Source: an uncultured Planctomycetales bacterium
Lineage (GTDB): Bacteria; Omnitrophota; Gorgyraeia; Zapsychrales; Aceulaceae
Reading direction: 5' to 3'
Length of the DNA stretch: 64,000 bases
NCBI GenBank assembly: GCA_964648665.1
Contig: CAZYOA010000006.1
Location: forward strand, 24,943 to 88,942
Shown here: in pieces, positions 43,539-56,100 of the stretch
Layout: each line of letters opens with the position of its first letter
Position numbering within the stretch: position 1 is the stretch's first letter
Notes under the pieces: generated by a model
What the model saw: only the letters and a program-made list of their open reading frames with translations
Told to the model about the DNA's origin: nothing
The model's database searches: none
Program-made: the position numbers and the translations under genes

Positions 43539-45131
43539 ATGTCAGCAGAAAAAAAATCAATCATGGCAGAGCTTTACGAAGATACTCTGCGAGAAATTAA
43601 TGAAGGGGAGATCGTCAAGGGTGAGATCGTCGGTGTTACCGAAAAAGATGTCATTGTTGATATTGGATTTAAATCTGAAGGATTTATTCCCATTAGTGAG
43701 TTTCGAGATCCTGATCAAACAAAGGAAGGAAATCATGTTGACGTTTTAATTGAGTCAACTGAAGATGAAGCCGGAAGATTGGTTCTTTCTTATTCTAAGG
43801 CGCAAAAACTTAAGGGATGGCAAAAAATCGTTGATGAAGTTAACGAGGGATCTCCTATTGAAGGTCGCGTTGTTAAACAGGTTAACGGTGGGTACATTGT
43901 AGATATACAAGGTGCTGATGCATTTTTGCCAAGATCTTTGTCTGCTTTTAAAGGCATTGCACCTAAAGATATTATTGGAAACAAGTATAAATTTATTGTG
44001 ACCAAGATGAATAAACAACGACGTAACATTATTCTTTCTAGACGAGAAGTTGTTCAAAAAGAGCGTGATGAGGTTAGAGAAAAGCTTTGGGACAAGATTG
44101 AAAAAGGACAAAACAGAGTCGGTACTGTTAAAGGAATCACAGATTTTGGTGCTTTTATTGATCTTGGGGGAATTGATGGACTTTTACATATCACAGATAT
44201 GAGCTGGTCTCGTATTAATCATCCATCAGAGTTGGTGGCGGCGGGTGATGAAATTGAAGTTTTAATCCTTGATTTTGATAAAGAAAATTCAAAGGTTTCT
44301 TTAGGGCTTAAACAAATTACAGCAAATCCATGGGAAGGTATTGAGGGCAAATATCCTGTAGGATCTAAAATTCAGGGTAAGGTTGTTAATATCATGCCTT
44401 ATGGAGTTTTTGTTGAAATTGATAAGGGCATCGAAGGGCTTTTGCATTCTTCTGAAATTTCTTGGCAAAAAAAGATGATTAATCCTCAGGAAATGTTTGC
44501 TATTGGAGACATGATCGAGGTTCAAATTATTAATATTGACCGTGATACAAAACGGATTTCTTTAAGTTTAAAGCAACTGGAAAAGAATCCATGGCTTGAG
44601 GCTGAAGAAAAGTTTCCTATAAGTTCTAAGGTCGAGGGTAAGATCCGAGGATTTACAGATTACGGAGCTTTTGTTGAACTTGATGGCAACATCGAAGGCA
44701 TGATTCATGTTTCGGATATGTCTTGGACTCGCAAAGTTAATCATCCTCAGGAAATTTTTAAAAAGGGTCAATCTGTAGAGATTGTTATTTTAGCTGTAGA
44801 TCCTGATCAAAGAAAGATTACATTAGGATACAAACAAGTTAAAGATAACCCTTGGTCTGAAATTGCAGAGAAATATCCTGTTGGAAAAGATCTAGAAGCA
44901 GAAGTTGTTATGAATTCTGAGTTTGGTGTTTTTGTTAAATTGGAAGAAGAGCTTGAAGGGCTTATTTATGCTTCCGAGATTGATAAAACATCTGCTGAGA
45001 ATTTAAAGGCTGCAGACAAGATTCAAGTTAAGGTTATTAAGGTTGATGTTGATCAAATGAAGATTGGCTTAAGTGCTAAAATATCTGATGATCAAGCTGA
45101 TAGCCAGACGCAAGAAGCTGAACAAGAATAA
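43539..45131 (+). CDS. rpsA: 30S ribosomal protein S1
   Basis: Six S1 repeats (e.g. VGTVKGITDFGAFIDLGGIDGLLHITDMSW). Start set at ATG 43539 with aaggaaagagg SD; the ORF-track TTG start at 43491 is unlikely. Confidence 0.93.
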   Translation: MSAEKKSIMAELYEDTLREINEGEIVKGEIVGVTEKDVIVDIGFKSEGFIPISEFRDPDQTKEGNHVDVLIESTEDEAGRLVLSYSKAQKLKGWQKIVDEVNEGSPIEGRVVKQVNGGYIVDIQGADAFLPRSLSAFKGIAPKDIIGNKYKFIVTKMNKQRRNIILSRREVVQKERDEVREKLWDKIEKGQNRVGTVKGITDFGAFIDLGGIDGLLHITDMSWSRINHPSELVAAGDEIEVLILDFDKENSKVSLGLKQITANPWEGIEGKYPVGSKIQGKVVNIMPYGVFVEIDKGIEGLLHSSEISWQKKMINPQEMFAIGDMIEVQIINIDRDTKRISLSLKQLEKNPWLEAEEKFPISSKVEGKIRGFTDYGAFVELDGNIEGMIHVSDMSWTRKVNHPQEIFKKGQSVEIVILAVDPDQRKITLGYKQVKDNPWSEIAEKYPVGKDLEAEVVMNSEFGVFVKLEEELEGLIYASEIDKTSAENLKAADKIQVKVIKVDVDQMKIGLSAKISDDQADSQTQEAEQE

Positions 45132-45138
45132 TTTTAAG

Positions 45139-45177
45139 ATGCGCGATTGCTTTTATGAGTAGTCGCGCATTTTATTT
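45139..45177 (+). terminator. Rho-independent terminator after rpsA
   Basis: ATGCGCGA (45139-45146) pairs with TCGCGCAT (45163-45170), followed by TTTATTT. Confidence 0.75.
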
Positions 45178-45213
45178 ATCTGTTGATAGCAGATTCAATC
45201 CATACCAATCATC

Positions 45214-46401
45214 ATGCAAATCGAAAATATTATTAAAGAGCTTTCTTTTGGAACGACTGAAATTATTAATGTCGAAATTCTAAAAGATAAGCTTCTAAAA
45301 TCTCAAAAAGAAAAAAAGCCGTTACATGTCAAAGCTGGTTTTGACCCAACGGCTCCAGATCTTCATTTAGGACATGTTGTTTTGCTTAAGAAGTTACGAC
45401 AATTTCAAGATCTTGGGCATAAAGTTCTTTTCTTGATAGGAGATTTTACAGCTCAAATCGGTGACCCAACAGGGCGCGATCAGCTTCGAGTAAGAATGAC
45501 TCCTTCAGAAATTCTAAAGAATGCAAAAACGTATGAGCGACAGGTTTTCAAAGTTTTAGATAAAAAGAAAACTAAAGTTGTTTTTAATAGCAAATGGCTT
45601 AACAAATTATCAAGCCGTGATATTTTAGATTTGTCTGCTCGATGCACAGTAGCTCAGATGTTGGCTCGTGCTGATTTCAAGAAGCGAATCGATGAAAATA
45701 AAGAAATTAGCATTTTAGAATTTATTTATCCTTTGATGCAGGGATACGACTCTGTTCACTTAGAGGCAGATGTTGAGCTTGGGGGATCAGATCAGAAATT
45801 TAATCTTTTAATGGCGCGTCAGTTGCAAGAATCATTTGGACAAAAACCACAGGCGGTTATTATGATGCCGCTTCTAGAAGGCACTGATGGTGTTCAGAAG
45901 ATGAGTAAGTCGTTAAATAATTATATTGGGATTGAAGAGTCTTCTAAAGAAATTTTTGGAAAAATTATGTCTATTAGTGATGAAATGATGTTTCGCTATT
46001 ATGAGCTTTTGACAGACTTTGATATTTGTAAAGTTAAAGAGATGCATCCTAAAGAAGCGAAAATGATACTTGCTCAAGAAATTGTTGGTCAATTCTACTC
46101 TAAAGAAACAGCTCAAAAAGAGCGAGAAAGTTTTGAGAAACAATTTTCTCAAAAAAAAGCGCCAGAGAATATGCAAGAATTTGATGTTTCTAAAATTCTG
46201 TCATCAACGACAATCTCAGCAATTGTATCAAAAGTGTCTACTTCTCCTTGTTCAATTTCAGCAAATGAAGTACGACGTCTTTTAAAGCAGGGGGCAGTTA
46301 GCTTTAATAATGAGAAGGTCAGTGAGGATATTTTACCTTTAAAACCTGGAATACTTAAGCTTGGAAAGCGGCGTTTTTTAAAATTAATTAATAATAATTA
46401 G
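45214..46401 (+). CDS. tyrS: Tyrosine--tRNA ligase
   Basis: HLGH (HIGH) and KMSKS motifs; C-terminal S4-like domain ([20 protein letters not shown]). Confidence 0.95.
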   Translation: MQIENIIKELSFGTTEIINVEILKDKLLKSQKEKKPLHVKAGFDPTAPDLHLGHVVLLKKLRQFQDLGHKVLFLIGDFTAQIGDPTGRDQLRVRMTPSEILKNAKTYERQVFKVLDKKKTKVVFNSKWLNKLSSRDILDLSARCTVAQMLARADFKKRIDENKEISILEFIYPLMQGYDSVHLEADVELGGSDQKFNLLMARQLQESFGQKPQAVIMMPLLEGTDGVQKMSKSLNNYIGIEESSKEIFGKIMSISDEMMFRYYELLTDFDICKVKEMHPKEAKMILAQEIVGQFYSKETAQKERESFEKQFSQKKAPENMQEFDVSKILSSTTISAIVSKVSTSPCSISANEVRRLLKQGAVSFNNEKVSEDILPLKPGILKLGKRRFLKLINNN

Positions 46402-46460
46402 AAATGCGCTAACCCGTTTATTTTTAATACTTTTAGTTTTAGAAATAATTAATAAAAAAC

Positions 46461-46489
46461 TTGACAAAAATTATACGAGACAGTATACT
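46461..46489 (+). promoter_or_regulatory. Sigma-70-type promoter candidate for the tRNA-Thr/rpmG/secE/nusG block (TTGACA-17-TATACT)
   Basis: TTGACA 46461-46466, exact 17-nt spacer, TATACT 46484-46489; 17 nt before the tRNA-Thr 5' end. Confidence 0.7.
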
Positions 46490-46506
46490 TGTGTTTCCTA
46501 TTATTT

Positions 46507-46579
<73 letters not shown>

Positions 46580-46605
46580 TAAAGAAGAATAACGAGATTC
46601 TTAAA

Positions 46606-46758
46606 ATGCGTGAAAATATTCAATTTCAGTGTACTGAATGTAAACAGCTTAATTATACAAGTACAAAAGATAAAAAGAAAAAACCAGAACGTATTGAACT
46701 TAAGAAGTTCTGTCGTTTTTGTCGTCGACATACATTACATCGGGAAAAGAAAAAATAA
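46606..46758 (+). CDS. rpmG: 50S ribosomal protein L33 (50 aa; absent from ORF track)
   Basis: Translates to [50 protein letters not shown], the canonical L33 zinc-ribbon pattern (CxxC...CxxC). Confidence 0.9.
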   Translation: MRENIQFQCTECKQLNYTSTKDKKKKPERIELKKFCRFCRRHTLHREKKK

Positions 46759-46761
46759 CTT

Positions 46762-46835
46762 AGGCCTGTAGCTCCAATGGCTAGAGCATCGGTCTCCAAA
46801 ACCGAGTGTTGTAGGTTCGAGTCCTACCAGGCCTG
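46762..46835 (+). tRNA. tRNA-Trp (anticodon CCA)
   Basis: Acceptor AGGCCTG/CAGGCCT, D stem GCTC/GAGC, anticodon stem TCGGT/ACCGA with loop CTCCAAA, T arm GTAGG-TTCGAGT-CCTAC. No encoded CCA. Confidence 0.93.
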
Positions 46836-46851
46836 TGGAAACAACAATAAA

Positions 46852-47037
46852 ATGGTCGGAAAGATACAAAAGTTTTTTTCAGAAGTCGTCATAGAACTTA
46901 AAAAGGTTAACTGGCCAACACGCCCAGAACTTATTGAGGCTACGTGGGTTGTTTTAGTCAGTACATTCTTTTTAGGTTTATTTATTGGCTCATCGGACTT
47001 CATTCTTTCTAGACTATTGGGATTGATAATTAAATAA
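46852..47037 (+). CDS. secE: Preprotein translocase subunit SecE
   Basis: MVGKIQKFFSEVVIELKKVNWPTRPEL plus a single TM. Start trimmed from ORF-track 46777 because those codons are the tRNA-Trp gene. Confidence 0.85.
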   Translation: MVGKIQKFFSEVVIELKKVNWPTRPELIEATWVVLVSTFFLGLFIGSSDFILSRLLGLIIK

Positions 47038-47042
47038 ATATT

Positions 47043-47567
47043 ATGAAATGGTACGTTGTCCATACACAAACCGGATGTGAAGAGCGGGCAAAAGCCGGTC
47101 TAGAAAAGCGAATGGCTACAACTAGCTTAAAGCAGTATATTAAAGAAGTTGTTGTTCCTACTGAGCAGGTTTCTGAAGTTCGTCGCGGGAAAAAATGTAT
47201 TTCAACGCGAAAATTCTTTCCTGGCTATATCATACTTAATATGGAAATGAATAATGAAAGCTGGTATTTGGTTAAAACAACACCAGGTATTGCTGGATTT
47301 ATCGGTCCAGGAAGAAAACCTTCGCCACTTTCAGAAAAAGAAGTTGAAAATATTTTAAAGAAGACTGAAGAAACAGAAGCAAAGCCAAGCCCGAAGACAA
47401 TTTTTGAAATTGGTGAACCAATTCAAATCATCGAGGGTCCTTTTGCAAGCTTTAATGGTGTAGTAATGGAGATCCATCCGGATCGAGGAAAATTAAAAGT
47501 GAGTGTTTCGATTTTTGGTCGAGCAACACTCGTTGAACTAGAATACTGGCAAGTCGAGAAGGTGTAA
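47043..47567 (+). CDS. nusG: Transcription termination/antitermination factor NusG
   Basis: NGN domain [24 protein letters not shown]-terminal KOW ([18 protein letters not shown]). Confidence 0.95.
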   Translation: MKWYVVHTQTGCEERAKAGLEKRMATTSLKQYIKEVVVPTEQVSEVRRGKKCISTRKFFPGYIILNMEMNNESWYLVKTTPGIAGFIGPGRKPSPLSEKEVENILKKTEETEAKPSPKTIFEIGEPIQIIEGPFASFNGVVMEIHPDRGKLKVSVSIFGRATLVELEYWQVEKV

Positions 47568-47568
47568 G

Positions 47569-47997
47569 ATGGCAAAAGAAGTAGTCGCTCAAATTAAATT
47601 ATATGTTCCTGCAGGTCAAGCAAATCCTGCCCCACCTGTTGGTCCTGCTTTAGGTCAACATGGTGTTAATATTATGATGTTTTGTAAGCAATTTAATGAA
47701 AAAACAAAAGGCAGAGAAGGTTTAATTTTACCTGCCGTCATTAGAGTTTACAAAGACAAATCTTTCGATTTCATTCTTAAGACTCCACCAAGCTCAGTTC
47801 TTATTAAAAAAGCTGCTAATTTGGCTAAAGCTTCTGGTTTGGCTGGAAAAGAAAAGATTGGTACGATTAATATGAAGCAAGTTCAGGAAATTGCTAAGAT
47901 AAAAATGGAAGATTTAAACACTGTTAGCATGGATCAAGCTGTTAAGACTATTAAGGGAACAGCGCGTAGCATGGGAATTGAGGTTTCTGATGGTTAA
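47569..47997 (+). CDS. rplK: 50S ribosomal protein L11
   Basis: [29 protein letters not shown] signature. Confidence 0.97.
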   Translation: MAKEVVAQIKLYVPAGQANPAPPVGPALGQHGVNIMMFCKQFNEKTKGREGLILPAVIRVYKDKSFDFILKTPPSSVLIKKAANLAKASGLAGKEKIGTINMKQVQEIAKIKMEDLNTVSMDQAVKTIKGTARSMGIEVSDG

Positions 47998-48670
47998 ATT
48001 AAGTAAACGAATGACAAAAGCTATTGAAAAAGTTGAAAAAGGAAAAGCTTATTCTCTAAAAGAGGGCCTTGAAATTCTGCTAAAGGTTGATCGAGCTAAA
48101 TTTGATGAAACGGTAGAGCTTCATTTTAGATTAAATATTGATCCTAAGAATTCGGAACAAATTGTACGCGGAACAGCTGTTTTGCCTAATGGAACAGGAA
48201 AAAAGATAAAAATTGCTGTTTTTTGTAAAGGCGATCAAGCTTTAAAGGCTAAAGAGATCGGCGTTGATCATGTTGGTGCAGAAGATTTAATTGAAAAAGT
48301 TTCAAAAGGTTTTCTAGATTTTGATTGTGTTGTTGCGACTCCAGATATTATGCGCGATTTAAGTAAACTTGGAAAGGTTTTGGGACCTCGCGGTTTGATG
48401 CCAAGTCCAAAATCAGGTACGGTTACTACAGACATAGAGAAAGCAGTTAACGAGCTTAGAGCAGGTAAGATTGAGTTTAAGTCTGATAAGCAAGCTGGTG
48501 TTCATGTTGGCATTGGTAAGTGCTCTTTCTCTGCAGATAAAATTCTTGAAAATATAAAATATTTAATTGATGCAATTGAGAATGTTAAGCCTCAGGCAGT
48601 CAAGGGTGATTTGATTAAAAATGCTTCATTGTCAACAACTATGGGTCCAGGGGTTAGGGTGTCAATATGA
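47990..48670 (+). CDS. rplA: 50S ribosomal protein L1
   Basis: [15 protein letters not shown] start (ATG 47990, 8-nt overlap with rplK); L1 family ([31 protein letters not shown]). Confidence 0.95.
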   Translation: MVKLSKRMTKAIEKVEKGKAYSLKEGLEILLKVDRAKFDETVELHFRLNIDPKNSEQIVRGTAVLPNGTGKKIKIAVFCKGDQALKAKEIGVDHVGAEDLIEKVSKGFLDFDCVVATPDIMRDLSKLGKVLGPRGLMPSPKSGTVTTDIEKAVNELRAGKIEFKSDKQAGVHVGIGKCSFSADKILENIKYLIDAIENVKPQAVKGDLIKNASLSTTMGPGVRVSI

Positions 48671-49197
48671 AAAAAGTTGGACGATTAATTAGAGAAAGTG
48701 TTATTAATCGAATTTCTAAAGGTGTTAAGGATCGACAGAATACTTTTTTAGTTAGTTATTCTAGGGTTTCTTCTTTAGAAATGAGCGATTTTAGAAAAGC
48801 ATTGACCCAAGCTGGAGCAGAGATTTATGTTTCAAAGAATCGTATCGCTCAGAAAGCATTAAAAGATTTAGATGTTGTTGAGCTTGGAAATAAAATCCAA
48901 GATCAAATCGCTTTTGTTTGGAGTGACAAAGATTCTGGTGAGGTTGCAAAAGTTTTAGTTAAATTCGCCAAAGACCTTGAAGGTCTTAATGTTCAAGGTG
49001 GCGTTTTAGAGGGAAGGGCTGTTACGGAATCTGAAGTTCAAAAACTTTCAGATCTTCCAAGTCGAGAGGTATTGTTGACAATGCTTGTTCAGACGATACA
49101 AGCTCCATTAACACGATTAGCTGGTGCCTTAACAGGAAAAACCAGAGACTTATTATCATTATTAAAGCAATTAAGCGAGAAAGCAGGAGGAAAATAA
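48667..49197 (+). CDS. rplJ: 50S ribosomal protein L10
   Basis: L10 family pattern and position between rplA and rplL; ATGA overlap with rplA. Confidence 0.93.
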   Translation: MKKVGRLIRESVINRISKGVKDRQNTFLVSYSRVSSLEMSDFRKALTQAGAEIYVSKNRIAQKALKDLDVVELGNKIQDQIAFVWSDKDSGEVAKVLVKFAKDLEGLNVQGGVLEGRAVTESEVQKLSDLPSREVLLTMLVQTIQAPLTRLAGALTGKTRDLLSLLKQLSEKAGGK

Positions 49198-49198
49198 G

Positions 49199-49657
49199 AT
49201 GTCAGAAAATACAATAGAAGAAAAGGTTGAGCAACAACCAGTAGTAGAAGAAAAAAAAGAAAGCAAAGCTCTTTCACAAAAATTGGAAGATGTTCTTAAA
49301 ACAATCGAAGGGCTAACCGCTCTTGAGCTTTCTGAATTAGTAAAAGCAATTGAAGATAAGTTTGGTATTACAGCTGCTGCTCCTATGATGGCCGCTCCTA
49401 TGATGGCTGCTGGCGCAGGTGCTGGAGCTGCAGAAGCTGAAGAAAAAACATCTTTTGATGTTGTTCTCAAAGAATTTGGTGCTACTAAAATTGCTGTCAT
49501 CAAAGAAGTTAGAGCTGCAACAAACTTAGGGCTTAAGGAAGCAAAAGATTTAGTCGAAGCTGCTCCAAGTGTCGTTAAGGAAGGCGTTACAAAAGAAGAG
49601 GCAGAGGAATTAAAGAAGAAATTATCTGATGTCGGCGCTGTTGTTGAAATTAAATAA
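49199..49657 (+). CDS. rplL: 50S ribosomal protein L7/L12 (152 aa, N-terminally extended)
   Basis: [15 protein letters not shown] dimerisation helix, Ala/Met/Pro hinge, C-terminal domain [13 protein letters not shown]...VVEIK. Strong SD gcaggagg before ATG 49199. Confidence 0.93.
   Translation: MSENTIEEKVEQQPVVEEKKESKALSQKLEDVLKTIEGLTALELSELVKAIEDKFGITAAAPMMAAPMMAAGAGAGAAEAEEKTSFDVVLKEFGATKIAVIKEVRAATNLGLKEAKDLVEAAPSVVKEGVTKEEAEELKKKLSDVGAVVEIK
49379..49408 (+). repeat. Tandem 15-nt duplication in the rplL hinge (encodes APMMA x2)
   Basis: GCTCCTATGATGGCC (49379-49393) is followed directly by GCTCCTATGATGGCT (49394-49408). Confidence 0.9.
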
Positions 49658-49688
49658 AACGCTCAAAACTTCAACCAAGAAATAAAAT

Positions 49689-52600
49689 ATGAAAAAACTA
49701 AAAATTAAAAATTTTAGCAAATTTAAAGATAATTTTCAACTTCCTAATTTGCTTGACATCCAGGTTGTAGCTTACGCTAAATTTTTACAAAGATATGATA
49801 ATCCTGAACAGAGAGATTGTCATGGCCTTGAAGAGGCGTTTCAAGAAGCATTTCCACTGGAGAGTTATGACGGACAAGTTCGCCTAGAATATGTTAGCTA
49901 TCATTTAGGAAAAGAAAAATATTCTTCAAGAGAGTGCCAAAGACGTGGAATGACTTATTCGGCACCGTTGAAGGTAAAGCTTCGCCTGATTACACCGGTT
50001 GAAGTTAAAGAGCAAGAAGTTTATTTTGGTGATTTTCCTTTAATTACTGAGACAGGAACATTTATTATCAATGGTGATGAGCGTGTTGTTGTTTCTCAAA
50101 TTCAGAGACCGCCAGGAGCTTCTTTTGAACAAGAGATGCATCCAACAGGAAAAAGTATTTATCAAGGACGAATCATTCCTTCTCGCGGAGCTTGGTTTGA
50201 AATTAAATATGATTTAAATGATGTTCTTTTAGCTTATATTGATCGTAGAAGGAGTTTTCCTGCGACTCAAATTTTACGCATCATGGGACTTTCAACTGAA
50301 GAAGAGATGAGACATCTTTTTGGAGATGATTTTGATAAGCTTGCTAATACATTAGAAAAAGATCACACTACGACTAAAGAAGAGGCGCTTCTTGATTTTT
50401 ATCGCAAAATGCGTCCAACAGAACCAGCGACAATTGAAGTTGCAGATAGCTTATTTTTTAGATTATTTTTTGAGCCAAAACGTTACGAGTTAAGCAAAGT
50501 TGGTCGTTTTATCATTAATCGTAAATTGAAAATGAATGTGGATTTAGATAACCGCATTTTAGATTTAGCAACGGTTGCTCAAGTTATTAAATATTTATTT
50601 AAATTGAGAGAAGGTCAAGGCGAAACAGATGATATTGATCATCTTGGAAATAGACGTATTAAAACGGTTGGAGAGCTTGTTCAAAATCAAGTTCGAATAG
50701 GTCTTGCTCGCATCGAAAGATCTGTTAAAGAGCGCCTTGTTGTTATGAATACATTTGAGAATTTAACAGCACATCATTTAATCAATTCTCGATTATTTTC
50801 AAGCCAAGTTCAAGATTTCTTCGCACGGAGTCAGTTATCTCAGTTTTTAGATCAAGGTAATCCGTTAGCTGAAACAACACATAAGAGGCGCTTAAGTGCT
50901 TTGGGTCCAGGCGGTCTTTCTCGGGAGCGAGCCGGTTTTGAAGTTCGCGATGTCCACCATACGCATTATGGTCGTGTTTGTCCGATTGAAACACCAGAAG
51001 GCCCAAATATTGGACTGATTGCTTCTCTGGCAACATGTGCACGTGTTAATGATTTAGGTTTTATCGAAACGCCATATCGAAAAGTTGTTGATGGTCGCGT
51101 TACAAGCAAAATTGAGTATTTGACAGCTGATGTTGATCAAGAAAAATATATTGCACAGGCGAATACGCCTATCGATAAGACAGGTAATTTTTTAGAAAAA
51201 GATATTTCTTGTCGTTATCGTGCTGATTTTCCATATGCTGGTCCTGAAAAAGTTGAGTATATGGATGTTTCTCCAAAACAGCTTGTGTCAGCTGCGACAT
51301 CATTAATTCCATTCTTAGAGCATGATGATGCTAATCGTGCTTTGATGGGGTCAAATATGCAACGTCAGGCTGTTCCTCTGATGGTTACTGAAGTTCCTTA
51401 TGTTGGAACTGGCATGGAGGGTATCGTTGCTAAAGATTCTGGGACTGTTGTTGTTGCTAAAAATTCTGGAAAAGTTGTAAAAGTTGACGCTACAGAGATC
51501 ACTGTTGGTAAGACAGTATATAGTTTAAAGAATTATGTTCGGTCAAATTCAAATACGTGTACGCAGCAAAAGCCTCTTGTTAAGATAGGTGATCAGATTC
51601 AAGTAGGGCAGGTTATTGCAGATGGAATGGCGACGAAAGATGGTAAATTATCATTGGGTCGAAATATTTTAGTTGCTTTTATGTCTTGGCGAGGATACAA
51701 CTTTGAAGACGCAATTATTTTAAGTCAAAAATTAGTTAAAGAAGATAAATATACTTCGATTCATATTGAAAAGTTTGAAGTTGATTCACGTGAAACACGT
51801 CTTGGAAACGAAGAAGTTACAAGAGATATTCCAAACGTTGGTGAAGAGGCTCTTAAAGATTTAACAGAAAATGGCATTGTTCGTGTTGGTGCTGAAGTTA
51901 AATCTGGAGATATTTTAGTTGGAAAAGTAACACCAAAAAGTGAAAAAGAACTTTCTCCTGAAGAAAGACTTCTTCGTGCTATTTTTGGCGAAAAAGCCGC
52001 TGATATCAAAGATTCATCTTTAACTCTTCCTCCGGGAGAGCACGGTGTTGTTGTTAACGTGGAAGTTTTTCAGCGTAATGAACGAGGACGAAAATCCAAA
52101 GAAGATAAGAAAAAAGAGGTAATCGCGATTGAAAAGGTTAAAAAATATTATACTCAAGAGCTTCAGTTTTTAGAAGAAGAAAAAGAAAAAAAGCTTTGCA
52201 GTGTTTTTGGTATCAACAGCAAGAAGCTTGAGAATATGAATCTTCGAGAAATTAAAAAGAACGAAGATGCTGTTGATGCTTTAAGATTTTTTGAAGACCG
52301 AACTGAAGAATTGATTCAAGAGCAGGAGCATGAAATAGAGAAGGTTAAGCGTGGCGATGAACTTCCAGCAGGTGTTCTAAAAAAGGTTGTTGTTTATATT
52401 GCAACAAAAAGAAAAGTTTCCGAAGGTGATAAAATGGCAGGACGGCATGGAAATAAGGGTGTTGTCGCTCGCATTTTACCAGAAGAGGATATGCCTTTCT
52501 TGGAAGATGGAACACCAGTCGAAATTGTTTTAAATCCTCTAGGCGTTCCGTCTCGTATGAATGTTGGTCAGCTGCTAGAAACACATCTTGGATGGGCTGC

Positions 52601-53138
52601 TCATGTCTTAGGGCTTGAATGTCAAACGCCTGTATTTAATGCGGCAACGGAAGAAGAAATCCGCGATCATTTAAGAGAAGCAAATTTACCAGAGGACGGA
52701 AAGACAACTCTTTATGACGGGCACACGGGATTGCCGTTTGACCAGAGAGTTACAATTGGATATATTTATATGTTAAAATTGATTCATCTTGTTGATGAGA
52801 AAATTCATGCTCGATCTATTGGTCCTTATTCTCTTGTTACGCAGCAGCCGTTGGGTGGAAAAGCTCATTTTGGTGGACAGCGTTTTGGAGAAATGGAAGT
52901 TTGGGCTTTAGAAGCTTATGGAGCCGCTTATACCTTGCAAGAAATGTTAACGGTTAAAAGTGATGATGTTGCCGGACGCAGCCGTATTTATGAGGCAATC
53001 GTGAAAGGTGAACAAAAATTAACACCAGGAACTCCAGAATCATTTAATGTTCTTATAAAAGAATTGCAAGGCTTATGTTTGGATATACGTATGGAAAATT
53101 CCCAAGCAGAGTCTCAAGAGCGAAAAAAAGGAAAATAG
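49689..53138 (+). CDS. rpoB: DNA-directed RNA polymerase subunit beta
   Basis: Conserved blocks [41 protein letters not shown]; 1149 aa. Confidence 0.98.
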   Translation: MKKLKIKNFSKFKDNFQLPNLLDIQVVAYAKFLQRYDNPEQRDCHGLEEAFQEAFPLESYDGQVRLEYVSYHLGKEKYSSRECQRRGMTYSAPLKVKLRLITPVEVKEQEVYFGDFPLITETGTFIINGDERVVVSQIQRPPGASFEQEMHPTGKSIYQGRIIPSRGAWFEIKYDLNDVLLAYIDRRRSFPATQILRIMGLSTEEEMRHLFGDDFDKLANTLEKDHTTTKEEALLDFYRKMRPTEPATIEVADSLFFRLFFEPKRYELSKVGRFIINRKLKMNVDLDNRILDLATVAQVIKYLFKLREGQGETDDIDHLGNRRIKTVGELVQNQVRIGLARIERSVKERLVVMNTFENLTAHHLINSRLFSSQVQDFFARSQLSQFLDQGNPLAETTHKRRLSALGPGGLSRERAGFEVRDVHHTHYGRVCPIETPEGPNIGLIASLATCARVNDLGFIETPYRKVVDGRVTSKIEYLTADVDQEKYIAQANTPIDKTGNFLEKDISCRYRADFPYAGPEKVEYMDVSPKQLVSAATSLIPFLEHDDANRALMGSNMQRQAVPLMVTEVPYVGTGMEGIVAKDSGTVVVAKNSGKVVKVDATEITVGKTVYSLKNYVRSNSNTCTQQKPLVKIGDQIQVGQVIADGMATKDGKLSLGRNILVAFMSWRGYNFEDAIILSQKLVKEDKYTSIHIEKFEVDSRETRLGNEEVTRDIPNVGEEALKDLTENGIVRVGAEVKSGDILVGKVTPKSEKELSPEERLLRAIFGEKAADIKDSSLTLPPGEHGVVVNVEVFQRNERGRKSKEDKKKEVIAIEKVKKYYTQELQFLEEEKEKKLCSVFGINSKKLENMNLREIKKNEDAVDALRFFEDRTEELIQEQEHEIEKVKRGDELPAGVLKKVVVYIATKRKVSEGDKMAGRHGNKGVVARILPEEDMPFLEDGTPVEIVLNPLGVPSRMNVGQLLETHLGWAAHVLGLECQTPVFNAATEEEIRDHLREANLPEDGKTTLYDGHTGLPFDQRVTIGYIYMLKLIHLVDEKIHARSIGPYSLVTQQPLGGKAHFGGQRFGEMEVWALEAYGAAYTLQEMLTVKSDDVAGRSRIYEAIVKGEQKLTPGTPESFNVLIKELQGLCLDIRMENSQAESQERKKGK

Positions 53139-53144
53139 AATACT

Positions 53145-56100
53145 ATGAACCAAGAGAAAAGTTACGATAGTATTAGTATTAAATTAGCATCTCCAGAAAT
53201 CATTATGTCATGGTCAAAAGGGGAAGTTAAAAAAGCTGAAACATTAAACTATCGAACGCTTAAGCCCGAAAAAGACGGTCTTTTTTGCGAAAAGATTTTT
53301 GGTCCTGTTCGCGATTGGGAATGTAATTGCGGAAAATATAAAGGTATTAAGTTTAAGGGTATTGTTTGCGATCGTTGTGGTGTTATGGTTACACGTTCTG
53401 CTGTTCGACGAGAGCGTATGGGTCATATTGAGCTGGCATGTCCAGTTACTCATATTTGGTTTTATAAAGCTGTTCCTAGTCGTCTTTCAGCTCTTCTGCA
53501 AATTACATTAAAAGAACTTGAGAAAATTATTTATTATGAAGAATATGTTGTTGTTGATCCTGGAGATACACAGTTAAAACTTAAGCAATTTTTATCTGAG
53601 GATAAATATCAGGACTGTTTAGCTAAATATGGTGATTCGTTTAAAGCTAAAATTGGTGCAGATGCGATTCTTGATCTTTTACATCAAGTTGATTTAGAAG
53701 TGTTATGTCGACAGCTTCGTAAAGATCTCGATAAAGCAAATCCAGCTGGAACAAATGCAAAGAAATTAGCTAAGACATTAAAGACAGCAGAAGATTTTAA
53801 GAAATCTGGAAATGATGTCGGATGGATGATTTTAAAAACAGTTCCAGTTATCCCACCAGATCTTCGCCCACTAGTTCCTCTTGAAGGAGGAAGATTTGCA
53901 ACTTCTGATTTAAATGATTTGTATCGACGAGTTATTAATCGAAATAATCGATTAAAGAAATTGATTAATCTTAATGCTCCTGAAATTATTATTCGTAATG
54001 AAAAGCGCATGCTTCAAGAAGCAGTTGATGCCCTTTTAGATAATGGTCGTCATGGTCGTCCAGTTTTGGGATCAAACAATCGTCCTTTAAAATCACTTTC
54101 TGATATGTTGAAAGGAAAACAAGGTCGATTCCGTATGAATTTATTAGGTAAACGTGTTGATTATTCTGGACGATCAGTTATTGTTGTTGGTCCAGAACTT
54201 AAGCTTCATCAGTGCGGTTTGCCAAAGAAGATGGCATTAGAATTATTTGAACCCTTTATTATTCGAAAGCTTAGAGAACGTGGATTTGTTCATACGATTA
54301 AGGGTGCTAAAAGAATGGTCGAACGTGCAAAGAATGAAGTTTGGGATATCCTAGATGAAGTTATTCAAGATCATCCTATTATGTTAAATCGTGCACCAAC
54401 GCTTCATCGTTTAAGTATTCAAGCTTTTCAGCCAATTTTGGTTGAAGGAAAAGCTATTCAGTTGCATCCTTTGGTTTGTGCGGCTTTTAACGCTGACTTT
54501 GATGGGGATCAGATGGCTGTTCATGTTCCTCTTTCTTTAGAAGCTCAAATGGAATGTCGACTAGAGCTTTTATCAGTTAATAATGTTTTTTCACCAGCTG
54601 ATGGAAGGCCACTTCTTTCACCGACGCAGGATATTGTTTTAGGTCTTTATTATTTAACGAAAGATAAAGCTGATGGTCCTGGTCAAGGAAGACTTTTTTC
54701 AACACGTCAAGAAGCGATTATTGCATATAATGATAAGTTTGTAGGACTGCATTCTCGAATTAAACTTCGATTAAGAAATGAAAAAGTTTGGGGTGAAGAG
54801 AGGCCGTCGCTAGTTATTTCACAGCAGGAGGCACTCGGTGAGGTTGGCGATAAAGAAGACCGCTCGAATTTAGTTATTGAAACAACAATTGGACGAATTA
54901 TTTTTAATAATCTTTTACCTAAGAATTTTGGATTTGTTAATGACACAATGGCAAAGAAGAAAATTGGAGCCGTTATTTCAGATTGTTATAAACGTTTTTC
55001 TCAGAGCGCAACTGTTGTTCTTTTAGACGCATTAAAAGAATTAGGTTTCTATTCTGCGACGGCAGCAGGCATTTCGATTAGTATTTCTGATATGACAATT
55101 CCTGAAGAGAAAAAAGTATTAGTTAAGAACTCTAAGAAAGAAGTTGCAAAAGTTGAAGATCAATATCGAAAAGGTATTATTACGGCACGTGAACGCTACA
55201 ATAAAATTATTGATATTTGGACACATACAACAGAATCGATTTCAGATTTAGTTTTTAAAGGCATGGATCCATTTAACCCAGTTTTCATTATGGCAGATTC
55301 AGGTGCTCGTGGATCTCGATTGCAGATTCGTCAGCTTTCAGGAATGCGTGGCTTGATGGCAAAGCCGTCTGGGGAAATTATTGAGAATCCTATTATCGCA
55401 AGTTTTCGCGAAGGGCTAACAGTTTTAGAGTATTTTATTTCTACTCATGGTGCTCGAAAAGGTTTAGCAGATACGGCTCTTAAAACAGCAGACGCTGGAT
55501 ATCTTACACGACGCCTTGTTGACGTTGCTCAAGAAATTGTTGTTGTTGAAGAAGATTGCGGCACGGTTAACGGTATTACTGTTTCGGCTATTATCGAAGG
55601 CGATGAAATTGTTGTTAGTTTAAGAGAGCGTATTGTTGGACGTGTTGCTTTAGATAATATTGTTGATATCGTAACTGATCAGCTTGTTATTGAATCTGGA
55701 CACGAAATTACAGAAGAAAAAGCAGAGATTATTGAACAGCTTGGTATTGAAAAAGTACGTATTCGCAGTGTTTTAACTTGTGAATCTGAACGTGGTGTTT
55801 GTGTTCATTGTTATGGACGAAATTTAGCGACTCAAAGATTGGTTGAGATTGGAGAGGCTGTTGGACCTATTGCGGCGCAAAGTATTGGTGAGCCAGGAAC
55901 ACAGCTAACAATGAGAACGTTTCATATTGGTGGCACTGCAAGTCGTTCAGTTGAGCAATCATTTACTCGTTCAAAAAATAATGGTATTGTTCATTATCAT
56001 AAACTTCGCGTTGTGCAAAAAGGAAACGAATTTGTTGTTTTAAATCGAAATGGATCGATTAGCGTTAATGATGAATTCGGTCGTGAATTTGAGCGTTATC

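Noticed and set aside
45132-45213. T-box leader upstream of tyrS
   Set aside because: The spacer is only ~80 nt, most of it is the rpsA terminator, and no T-box sequence (AAnnGGGUGGUACCGCG-like) or specifier-loop architecture is present.
46777-46851. N-terminal 25 codons of ORF-track entry 46777-47037 (MARASVSKTECCRFESYQACGNNNK)
   Set aside because: These codons are the tRNA-Trp gene read as protein. SecE starts at ATG 46852.
49199-49285. Alternative internal TTG start that would give a canonical-length L12
   Set aside because: No SD precedes the TTG, whereas ATG 49199 has a strong gcaggagg SD 2 nt after the rplJ stop. I kept the long form and flagged the extension.
49171-49503. 110-aa minus-strand ORF antisense to rplJ/rplL, and similar long antisense ORFs (59325-59756 in fusA, 43755-44111 in rpsA, 38752-39087 in proB, 17592-17924 in the coiled-coil gene, 53684-54010 and 56789-57097 in rpoC)
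   Set aside because: These are shadow ORFs inside strongly supported conserved genes. They arise from GAA/AAA/GCT-rich codon usage on the sense strand. Their sequences are low-complexity and lack SDs.
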